A stretch of 46,346 nt of DNA from Raillietiella orientalis (taxonomy: Eukaryota). Positions 1-11,500 of this stretch are shown piece after piece. The notes beneath the pieces are model-generated. The model made no database searches, had not been told where the DNA came from, and was given only the letters and a program-made list of their open reading frames with translations. The position numbers were made by a program, and so were the translations under genes. The stretch spans positions 1 through 46,346 of the forward strand of contig JAYWIR010000170.1 of assembly GCA_036172245.1 (NCBI GenBank), read 5' to 3'. The number at the start of each line of letters is the position of its first letter. The first letter of the stretch is position 1.

Positions 1-301
1 CCAAAGTGGCACACCCTAATGAAACTTCGAAGTCATCTCAATGTTCTTCTGAACCAAGGAAATTGGAAGGTTGTGCGGGTGTCCATGAAGGTAATTTGCA
101 GCTCACTGCAAATAGATACTTCGTGAAGAGGCGCAAAAGTGCAATGGTGAAATCTGCTGACTTCGAAGTGATTACAACCCCCTAAAAGTTGCAAATTTGG
201 ACCATATAATGAATCAGAGCCTAGGGAAACATTCTCTTTCTAACTCCGACACTGGTTACCATGAAAACCACACAGAGACCAAAGTGGCACACCCTAATGA
301 A

Positions 302-447
302 ACTTCGAAGTCATCTCAATGTTCTTCTGAACCAAGGAAATTGGAAGGTTGTGCGGGTGTCCATGAAGGTAATTTGCAGCTCACTGCAAATAGATACTTC
401 GTGAAGAGGCGCAAAAGTGCAATGGTGAAATCTGCTGACTTCGAAGT
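302..447. other. Two copies of the 10-bp palindrome ACTTCGAAGT per A-type monomer (302-311 and 438-447)
   Basis: ACTTCGAAGT is its own reverse complement. Spacing along A-type runs alternates 136/142 bp. Confidence 0.9.
362..403. other. Inverted repeat within the monomer (example copy): perfect 8-bp stem ATTTGCAG-ctca-CTGCAAAT at 372-391, with imperfect extension
   Basis: 372-379 is the exact reverse complement of 384-391. The flanks catgaaggta and tacttcgtg extend the pairing imperfectly. It is present in every A-type 3' half. Confidence 0.9.
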
Positions 448-3400
448 GATTACAACCCCATAAAAGTTGCAAATTTGGACCATATAATGAATCAGAGCCT
501 AGGGAAACATTCTCTTTCTAACTCCGACACTGGTTACCATGAAAACCACACAGAGACCAAAGTGGCACACCCTAATGAAACTTCGAAGTCATATCAATGT
601 TCTTCTGAACCAAGAAAATTGCAAGGTTGTGCGGGTGTCCATGAAGGTAATTTGCAGCTCACTGCAAATATATACTTCGTGAAGAGGCGCAAAAGTGCAA
701 TGGTCAAATCTGCTGACTTCGAAGTGATTACAAGCCCCTAAAAGTTGCAAATTTGGACCATATAATGAATCAGAGCAAAGGGAAACATTCTCTTTATTAC
801 TTCGACTGTGGTTACTATGAAAACCAGACAGCGACCAAAGTGGTACACCCTAATGAAACTTCGAAGTCATCTCAATGTTCTTCTGAACCAAGGAAATTGG
901 AAGGTTGTGCGGGTGTCCATGAAGGTAATTTGCAGCTCACTGCAAATAGATACTTCGTGAAGAGGCGCAAAAGTGCAATGGTGAAATCTGCTGACTTCGA
1001 AGTGATTACAACCCCATAAAAGTTGCAAATTTGGACAATATAATGAATCAGAGCGAATGGAAACATTGTCTTTCTAACTCCGACACTGGTTACCATGAAA
1101 ACTACACAGAGACCAAAGTGGCACACCCTAATGAAACTTCGAAGTCATCTCAATGTTCTTCTGAACCAAGGAAATTGGAAGGTTGTGCGGGTGTCCATGA
1201 AGGTAATTTGCAGCTCACTGCAAATAGATACTTCGTGAAGAGGCGCAAAAGTGCAATGGTGAAATCTGCTGACTTCGAAGTGATTACAACCCCCTAAAAG
1301 TTGCAAATTTGGACCATATAATGAATCAGAGCCTAGGGAAACATTCTCTTTCTAACTCCGACACTGGTTACCATGAAAACCACACAGAGACCAAAGTGGC
1401 ACACCCTAATGAAACTTCGAAGTCATCTCAATGTTCTTCTGAACCAAGGAAATTGGAAGGTTGTGCGGGTGTCCATGAAGGTAATTTGCAGCTCACTGCA
1501 AATAGATACTTCGTGAAGAGGCGCAAAAGTGCAATGGTGAAATCTGCTGACTTCGAAGTGATTACAACCCCATAAAAGTTGCAAATTTGGACAATATAAT
1601 GAATCAGAGCGAATGGAAACATTGTCTTTCTAACTCCGACACTGGTTACCATGAAAACCACACAGAGACCAAAGTGGCACACCCTAATGAAACTTCGAAG
1701 TCATCTCAATGTTCTTCTGAACCAAGGAAATTGGAAGGTTGTGCGGGTGTCCATGAAGGTAATTTGCAGCTCACTGCAAATAGATACTTCGTGAAGAGGC
1801 GCAAAAGTGCAATGGTGAAATCTGCTGACTTCGAAGTGATTACAACCCCATAAAAGTTGCAAATTTGGACAATATAATGAATCAGAGCGAATGGAAACAT
1901 TGTCTTTCTAACTCCGACACTGGTTACCGTGAATACTACACAGAGGCCTAAGTGCCACGCCCTAATGAAACTTCGAACTCATCTCAATGTTCTTCTGAAT
2001 CAAGGAAATTGGAAGTTTGTGCGGGTGTCCTTGAAGGGAATTTGCCACTCACTGCAAATGGATGCTTCGTGAAGAGGCGTCAAAGTGCAATCGTGAAATC
2101 TGATGACTTCGAAGTGGTAACAACCCTCAAAAACTTGCAAATTTAGACCATATAATGAAACAGAGCAAAAGGAAACATTCTCTTTATAACTTCGACAGTG
2201 GTTACTATGAAAACCAGACAGAAGCCAAAGTGCCCCACCCTCATGAAACTTCGAACTAATCTCCATGTTCTCCTGAACCAAGGAAATCGGAAGGTTCTTC
2301 GGGTGTCCATGAATGGAATTTGCCACTCACACCAAATGGATGCTCCCGGATGAGACGCTAAACTCCAATGGTGAAACCTGCTGACTTCGATGTGATTACA
2401 ACCCCCTAAAAGTTGCAAATTTGGACCATATAATGAATCAGAGCCTAGGGAAAGATTCTCTTTCTAACTGCGACACTGGTTACCATGAAAACCACACAGA
2501 GACCAAAGTGGCACACCCTAATTTAACTTCGAATTCATCTCAATGTTCTTCTGAACCAAGGAAATTGGAAGGTTGTGCGGGTGTCCATGAAGGTAATTTG
2601 CAGCTCACTGCAAATAGATACTTCGTGAAGAGGCGCAAAAGTGCAATGGTGAAATCTGCTGACTTCGAAGTGATTACAACCCCATAAAAGTTGCAAATTT
2701 GGACCATATAATGAATCAGAGCCTAGGGAAACATTCTCTTTCTAACTCCGACACTGGTTACCATGAAAACCACACAGAGACCAAAGTGGCACACCCTAAT
2801 GAAACTTCGAAGTCATATCAATGTTCTTCTGAACCAAGAAAATTGCAAGGTTGTGCGGGTGTCCATGAAGGTAATTTGCAGCTCACTGCAAATATATACT
2901 TCGTGAAGAGGCGCAAAAGTGCAATGGTCAAATCTGCTGACTTCGAAGTGATTACAAGCCCCTAAAAGTTGCAAATTTGGACCATATAATGAATCAGAGC
3001 AAAGGGAAACATTCTCTTTATTACTTCGACTGTGGTTACTATGAAAACCAGACAGCGACCAAAGTGGTACACCCTAATGAAACTTCGAAGTCATCTCAAT
3101 GTTCTTCTGAACCAAGGAAATTGGAAGGTTGTGCGGGTGTCCATGAAGGTAATTTGCAGCTCACTGCAAATAGATACTTCGTGAAGAGGCGCAAAAGTGC
3201 AATGGTGAAATCTGCTGACTTCGAAGTGATTACAACCCCATAAAAGTTGCAAATTTAGACAATATAATGAATCAGAGCGAATGGAAACATTGTCTTTCTA
3301 ACTCCGACACTGGTTACCGTGAAAACCACACAGAGACCAAAGTGGCACACCCTAATGAAACTTAGACCTGATTTCAATGTTCTTCCGAACCAAGGAAATT

Positions 3401-6400
3401 GGAAGGTTGTGCGGGTGTCCATGAAGGTAATTTGCAGCTCACTGCAAATAGATACTTCGTGAAGATGCGCAAAAGTGCAATGGTGAAATCTGTTGACTTC
3501 GAAGTGATTACAACCCCATAAAAGTTGCAAATTTGGACCATATAATGAATCAGAGCAAAAGGAAACATTCTCTTTATAACTTCGACACTGGTTACCATGA
3601 AAACCACACAGAGACCAAAGTGGCACACCCTAATTTAACTTCGAATTCATCTCAATGTTCCTCTGAACCAAGGAAATTGGAAGGTTGTGCGGGTGTCCAT
3701 GAAGGTAATTTGCAGCTCACTGCAAATAGATACTTCGTGAAGAGGCGCAAAAGTGCAATGGTGAAATCTGCTGACTTCGAAGTGATTACAACCCCATAAA
3801 AGTTGCAAATTTGGACCATATAATGAAACAGAGCAAAAGGAAACATTCTCTTTATAACTTCGACAGTGGTTACTATGAAAACCAGACAGAAGCCAAAGTG
3901 CCCCACCCTCATGAATCTTCGAACTAATCTCCATGTTCTACTGAACCAAGGAAATCGGAAGGTTCTTCGGGTGACCATGAATGGAATTTGCCACTCACAC
4001 CAAATGGATGCTCCCGGATGAGACGCTAAACTGCAATGGTGATATCTACTGACTTCGAAGTGATTACAACCCCCTAAAAGTTGCAAATTTGTACCATATA
4101 ATGAATCAGAGCCTAGGGAAACATCCTCTTTCTAACTCCGACACTGGGTACCGGGAAAACCACACAGAGACCAAAGTGGCACACCCTAATGAAACTTAGA
4201 CCTGATCTCAATGTTCTTCCGAACCAAGGAAATTGGAAGGTTGTACGGGTGTCCATGAAGGTAATTTGCAGCTCACTGCAAATAGATACTTCGTGAAGAT
4301 GCGCAAAAGTGCAATGGTGAAATCTGCTGACTTCGAAGTGATTACAACCTAATAAAAGTTGCAAATTTGGACAATATAATGAATCAGAGCGAATGGAAAC
4401 ATTGTCTTTCTAACTCCGACACTGGTTACCATGAAAACCACACAGAGACCAAAGTGGTACACCCTATTGAAACTTCGAAGTCATCTCAATGTTCTTCTGA
4501 ACCAAGGAAATTGGAAGGTTGTGCGGGTGTCCATGAAGGTAATTTGCAGCTCACTGCAAATAGATACTTCGTGAAGAGGCGCAAAAGTGCAATGGTGAAA
4601 TCTGCTGACTTCGAAGTGATTACAACCCCCTAAAAGTTGCAAATTTGGACCATATAATGAATCAGAGCCTAGGGAAACATTCTCTTTCTCACTGCGACAC
4701 TGGTTACCATGAAAACCACACAGAGACCAAAGTGGTACACCCTATTGAAACTTCGAAGTCATCTCAATGTTCTTCTGAAACAAGGAAATTGGAAGGTTGT
4801 GCGGGTGTCCATGAAGGTAATTTGCAGCTCACTGCAAATAGATACTTCGTGAAGATGCGCAAAAGTGCAATGGTGAAATCTGCTGACTTCGAAGTGATTA
4901 CAACCCCATAAAAGTTGCAAATTTGGACAATATAATGAATCAGAGCGAATGGAAACATTGTCTTTCTAACTTCGACACTGGTTACCATGAAAACCACACA
5001 GAGACCAAAGTGGCACACCCTAATGAAACTTCGAAGTCATCTCAATGTTCTTCTGAACCAAGGAAATTGCAAGGTTGTGCGGGTGTCCATGAAGGTAATT
5101 TGCAGCTCACTGCAAATAGATACTTCGTGAAGAGGCGCAAAAGTGCAATGGTGAAATCTGCTGACTTCGAAGTGATTACAACCCCATAAAAGTTGCAAAT
5201 TTGGACAATATAATGAATCAGAGCGAATGGAAACATTGTCTTTCTAACTCCGACACTGGTTACCGTGAATACTACACAGAGGCCTAAGTGCCACGCCCTA
5301 ATGAAACTTCGAACTCATCTCAATGTTCTTCTGAACCAAGGAAATTGGAAGGTTGTGCGGGTGTCCATGAAGGTAATTTGCAGCTCACTGCAAATATATA
5401 CTTCGTGAAGAGGCGCAAAAGTGCAATGGTCAAATCTGCTGACTTCGAAGTGATTACAAGCCCCTAAAAGTTGCAAATTTGGACCATATAATGAATCAGA
5501 GCAAAGGGAAACATTCTCTTTATTACTTCGACTGTGGTTACTATGAAAACCAGACAGCGACCAAAGTGGTACACCCTAATGAAACTTCGAAGTCATCTCA
5601 ATGTTCTTCTGAACCAAGGAAATTGGAAGGTTGTGCGGGTGTCCATGAAGGTAATTTGCAGCTCACTGCAAATAGATACTTCGTGAAGAGGCGCAAAAGT
5701 GCAATGGTGAAATCTGCTGACTTCGAAGTGATTACAACCCCATAAAAGTTGCAAATTTGGACAATATAATGAATCAGAGCGAATGGAAACATTGTCTTTC
5801 TAACTCCGACACTGGTTACCGTGAATACTACACAGAGGCCTAAGTGCCACGCCCTAATGAAACTTCGAACTCATCTCAATGTTCTTCTGAATCAAGGAAA
5901 TTGGAAGTTTGTGCGGGTGTCCTTGAAGGGAATTTGCCACTCACTGCAAATGGATGCTTCGTGAAGAGGCGTCAAAGTGCAATCGTGAAATCTGATGACT
6001 TCGAAGTGGTAACAACCCTCAAAAACTTGCAAATTTAGACCATATAATGAAACAGAGCAAAAGGAAACATTCTCTTTATAACTTCGACAGTGGTTACTAT
6101 GAAAACCAGACAGAAGCCAAAGTGCCCCACCCTCATGAATCTTCGAACTAATCTCCATGTTCTCCTGAACCAAGGAAATCGGAAGGTTCTTCAAGTGACC
6201 ATGAATGGAATTTGCCACTCACACCAAATGGATGCTCCCGGATGAGACGCTAAACTGCAATGGTGAAATCTGCTGACTTCGAAGTGATTACAACCCCCTA
6301 AAAGTTGCAAATTTGTACCATATAATGAATCAGAGCCTAGGAAAACATCCTCTTTCTAACTCCGACACTGGTTACCGGGAAAACCACACAGAGACCAAAG

Positions 6401-8537
6401 TGGCACACCCTAATGAAACTTAGACCTGATCTCAATGTTCTTCCGAACCAAGGAAATTGGAAGGTTGTACGGGTGTCCATGAAGGTAATTTGCGGCTCAC
6501 TGCAAATAGATACTTCGTGAAGATGCGCAAAACTGCAATGGTGATATCTGCTGACTTCGAAGTGATTACATCCCTCAAAAACTTGCAAATTTAGACCATA
6601 TAATGAATCAGAGCAAAGGGAAACATTCTCTTTATTACTTCGACTGTGGTTACTATGAAAACCAGACAGAAGCCAAAGTGCCCCACCCTGATGAAACTTC
6701 GAACTAATCTCCATGTTCTCCTGAACCAAGGAAATCAGAAGGTTCTGCGGGTGTCCATGAATGGAATTTGCCACTCACACCAAATGGATGCTCCCGGATC
6801 AGACGCTAAACTGCAGTTGTGAAATCTGCTGACTTCGATGTGATCACAACCCCCTAAAAGTTGCAAATTTGGACCATATAATGAATCAGAGCCTAAGGAA
6901 ACATTCTCTTTCTAACTCCGACACTGGTTACCATGAAAACCACACAGAGACCAAAGTGGCACACCCTAATTTAACTTCGAAGTCATCTCAATGTTCTTCT
7001 GAACCAAGGAAATTGGAAGGTTGTGCGGGTGTCCATGAAGGTAATTTGCAGCTCACTGCAAATAGATACTTCGTGAAGAGGCGCAAAAGTGCAATGGTGA
7101 AATCTGCTGACTTCGAAGTGATTACAACCCCATAAAAGTTGCAAATTTGGACCATATAATGAATCAGAGCCTAGGGAAACATTCTCTTTCTAACTCCGAC
7201 ACTGGTTACCATGAAAACCACACAGAGACCAAAGTGGCACACCCTAATGAAACTTCGAAGTCATCTCAATGTTCTTCTGAACCAAGGAAATTGGAAGGTT
7301 GTGCGGGTGTCCATGAAGGTAATTTGCAGCTCACTGCAAATAGATACTTCGTGAAGAGGCGCAAAAGTGCAATGGTGAAATCTGCTGACTTCGAAGTGAT
7401 TACAACCCCATAAAAGTTGCAAATTTGGACCATATAATGAATCAGAGCCTAGGGAAACATTCTCTTTCTAACTCCGACACTGGTTACCATGAAAACCACA
7501 CAGAGACCAAAGTGGCACACCCTAATGAAACTTCGAAGTCATCTCAATGTTCTTCTGAACCAAGGAAATTGGAAGGTTGTGCGGGTGTCCATGAAGGTAA
7601 TTTGCAGCTCACTGCAAATAGATACTTCGTGAAGAGGCGCAAAAGTGCAATGGTGAAATCTGCTGACTTCGAAGTGATTACAACCCCATAAAAGTTGCAA
7701 ATTTGGACAATATAATGAATCAGAGCGAATGGAAACATTGTCTTTCTAACTCCGACACTGGTTACCGTGAATACTACACAGAGGCCTAAGTGCCACGCCC
7801 TAATGAAACTTCGAACTCATCTCAATGTTCTTCTGAACCAAGGAAATCGGAAGGTTGTGCGGGTGTCCTTCAAGGGAATTTGCCACTCACTGCAAATGGA
7901 TGCTTCGTGAAAAGGCGTCAAAGTGCAATCGTGAAATCTGATGACTTCGAAGTGGTAACAACCCTCAAAAACTTGCAAATTTCGACCATATAATGAATCA
8001 GAGCAAAAGGAAACATTCTCTTTATAACTTCGACAGTGGTTACTATGAAAACCAGACAGAAGCCAAAGTGCCCCACCCTCATGAAACTTCGAACTAATCT
8101 CCATGTTCTCCTGAACCAAGGAAATCGGAAGGTTCTTCGGGTGTCCATGAATGGAATTTGCCACTCACACCAAATGCATGCTCCCGCATGAGACGCTAAA
8201 CTGCAATGGTGAAATCTGCTGACTTCGATGTGATTACAACCCCCTAAAAGTTGCAAATTTTGGACAATATAATGAATCAGAGCAAAGGGAAACATTCTCT
8301 TTATTACTTCGACTGTGGTTGCTATGAAAACCAGACAGCGACCAAAGTGGTACACCCTAATGAAACTTCGAAGTCATCTCAATGTTCTTCTGAACCAAGG
8401 AAATTGGAAGGTTGTGCGGGTGTCCATGAAGGTAATTTGCAGCTCACTGCAAATAGATACTTCGTGAAGAGGCGCAAAAGTGCAATGGTGAAATCTGCTG
8501 ACTTCGAAGTGATTACAACCCCATAAAAGTTGCAAAT

Positions 8538-11500
8538 TTGGACCATATAATGAATCAGAGCCTAGGGAAACATTCTCTTTCTAACTCCGACACTGGTTAC
8601 CATGAAAACCACACAGAGACCAAAGTGGCACACCCTAATGAAACTTCGAAGTCATCTCAATGTTCTTCTGAACCAAGGAAATTGCAAGGTTGTGCGGGTG
8701 TCCATGAAGGTAATTTGCAGCTCACTGCAAATAGATACTTCGTGAAGAGGCGCAAAAGTGCAATGGTGAAATCTGCTGACTTCGAAGTGATTACAACCCC
8801 ATAAAAGTTGCAAATTTGGACAATATAATGAATCAGAGCGAATGGAAACATTGTCTTTCTAACTCCGACACTGGTTACCGTGAATACTACACAGAGGCCT
8901 AAGTGCCACGCCCTAATGAAACTTCGATCTCATCTCAATGTTCTTCTGAATCAAGGAAATTGGAAGTTTGTGCGGGTGTCCTTGAAGGGAATTTGCCACT
9001 CACTGCAAATGGATGCTTCGTGAAGAGGCGTCAAAGTGCAATTGTGAAATCTGATGACTTCGAAGTGGTAACAACCCTCAAAAACTTGCAAATTTCGACC
9101 ATATAATGAATCAGAGCAAAAGGAAACATTCTCTTTATAACTTCGACAGTGGTTACTATGAAAACCAGACAGAAGCCAAAGTGCCCCACCCTCATGAAAC
9201 TTCGAACTAATCTCCATGTTCTCCTGAACCAAGGAAATCGGAAGGTTCTTCGGGTGTCCATGAATGGAATTTGCCACTCACACCAAATGGATGCTCCCGG
9301 ATGAGACGCTAAACTGCAATGGTGAAATCTGATGACTTCAAAGTGGTAACAACCCTCAAAAACTTGCAAATTTAGACCATATAATGAATCAGAGCAAAGG
9401 GAAACATTCTCTTTATTACTTCGACTGTGGTTACTATGAAAACCAGACAGAAGCCAAAGTGCCCCACCCTGATGAAACTTCGAACTAATCTCCATGTTCT
9501 CCTGAACCAAGGAAATTGGAAGGTTGTGCGGGTGTCCATGAAGGTAATTTGCAGCTCACTGCAAATTGATACTTCGTGAAGAGGCGCAAAAGTGCAATGG
9601 TGAAATCTGCCGACTTCGAAGTGATTACAACCCCCTAAAAGTTGCAAATCTGTACCATATAATGAATCAGAGCAAAGGGAAACATTCTCTTTCTAACTCC
9701 GACACTGGTTACCGTGAAAACCACACAGAGACCAAAGTGGCACACCCTAATGAAACTTAGACCTGATCTCAATGTTCTTCCGAACCAAGGAAATTGGAAG
9801 GTTGTGCGGGTGTCCATGAATTTAATTTGCAGCTCACTGCAAATAGATACTTCGTCAAGAGGCGCAAAAGTACAATGGTGATATCTGCTGACTTCGAAGT
9901 CATTACATCCCTCAAAAACTTGCAAATTTAGACCATATAATGAATCAGAGCAAAGGGAAACATTCTCTTTATAAGTCCGACACTGGTTTCCATGAAAACC
10001 ACACAGAGGCCAAAGTGCCCCACCCTAATGAAACTTCGAACTCATCTCCATGTTCCCCTGAACCAAGGAAATTCGAAGGTTATGCGGGTGTCCATTGATG
10101 GAATTTCCCTCTCACACCAAATGGATGCTCCCGAATGAAACGCTAAAGTGCAATGGTAAATCTGCTGACTTCGAAGTGATTACAACCCCATAAAAGTTGC
10201 AAATTTGGACAATATAATGAATCAGAGCGAATGGAAACATTGTTTTTCTAATTCGGACACTGGTTACCGTGAAAACCACACAGACACCAAAGTGCTCCAT
10301 CCTAATAAAACTTCGAACTCATCTCCATGTTCCCCTGAACCAAGGAAATTCGAAGGTTATGCGGGTGTCCATGAATGGAATTAGCCACTCACTGCAAATA
10401 GATTCTTTTTGAAGAGGCGCAAAAGTGCAATGGTTTCATCTGCAGACTTCGAAGTGTTTACAAACCCCAAAAAGTTGCATATTTCGGACACATAATGAGT
10501 TGGAGCAAAGGGAAACATAATCTTTCTACCTCCGACACTGGTAACCGTCCAAACCACACAGACGCCGAAGTGCTCCATCCTAATAAAACTTCGAACTCAT
10601 CTCCATGTTCCCCTGAACCAAGGAAATTCGAAGGTTATGCGGGTGTCCATGAATGGAATTTGCCACTCACTGCAAATAGATACTTCGTGAAGAGGCGCAG
10701 AAGTGCAATGGTGAAATCTGCTGACTTCAAAGTGATTACAACCCCATAAAAGTTGCAAATTTGGACCATATAATGAATCAGAGCCTAGGGAAACATTCTC
10801 TTTCTAACTCCGACACTGGTTACCATGAAAACCACACAGAGACCAAAGTGGCACACCCTAATGAAACTTCGAAGTCATCTCAATGTTCTTCTGAACCAAG
10901 GAAATTGCAAGGTTGTGCGGGTGTCCATGAAGGTAATTTGCAGCTCACTGCAAATAGATACTTCGTGAAGAGGCGCAAAAGTGCAATGGTGAAATCTGCT
11001 GACTTCGAAGTGATTACAACCCCATAAAAGTTGCAAATTTGGACAATATAATGAATCAGAGCGAATGGAAACATTGTCTTTCTAACTCCGACACTGGTTA
11101 CCGTGAATACTACACAGAGGCCTAAGTGCCACGCCCTAATGAAACTTCGATCTCATCTCAATGTTCTTCTGAATCAAGGAAATTGGAAGTTTGTGCGGGT
11201 GTCCTTGAAGGGAATTTGCCACTCACTGCAAATGGATGCTTCGTGAAGAGGCGTCAAAGTGCAATTGTGAAATCTGATGACTTCGAAGTGGTAACAACCC
11301 TCAAAAACTTGCAAATTTCGACCATATAATGAATCAGAGCAAAAGGAAACATTCTCTTTATAACTTCGACAGTGGTTACTATGAAAACCAGACAGAAGCC
11401 AAAGTGCCCCACCCTCATGAAACTTCGAACTAATCTCCATGTTCTCCTGAACCAAGGAAATCGGAAGGTTCTTCGGGTGTCCATGAATGGAATTTGCCAC

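Larger units (their letters stand above)
197..474 (+). repeat. Reference monomer of the dominant (young) variant 'A' (phase arbitrary)
   Basis: By eye it is identical or nearly identical to copies at 1309, 7147, 7425, 11873 and 14098, which all give the same 88-aa translation in the ORF track. Diagnostic motifs are gagcctaggg, acttcgaagtcatc, gaaggtaatttgcagctc and gatacttcgtg. Confidence 0.95.

Noticed and set aside
189..210. Sigma70-like promoter (TTGCAA ... TATAAT) in each monomer
   Set aside because: The spacing is 10 nt rather than ~17 and there is no downstream gene. It is a chance match in an AT-rich stretch.
284..311. 5S rRNA, tRNA or SINE-derived tandem unit (gtggcacaccctaat resembles a 7SL-type SINE start; cttcgaa resembles a B box)
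   Set aside because: The similarity is limited to about a dozen bases. There is no proper GTTCRANNC B box, cloverleaf, 5S conserved sequence or poly-T terminator.
197..474. Phased A-tracts producing intrinsic curvature
   Set aside because: Short A/T runs are present, but I could not see a consistent ~10-bp spacing by eye.
7147..7702. Adjacent identical monomers as evidence of an assembly artefact
   Set aside because: Identical A monomers are interleaved with distinct variants in non-periodic order throughout the left domain, which fits real recent homogenisation. An artefact cannot be fully excluded without reads.
10072..10088. CENP-B-box-like motif TTCGaaggttAtgCGGG in old-type monomers
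   Set aside because: The canonical box is TTCG-N4-A-N2-CGGG, with 7 nt between TTCG and CGGG. Here there are 9 nt, and the dominant variant has TTGG instead of TTCG.
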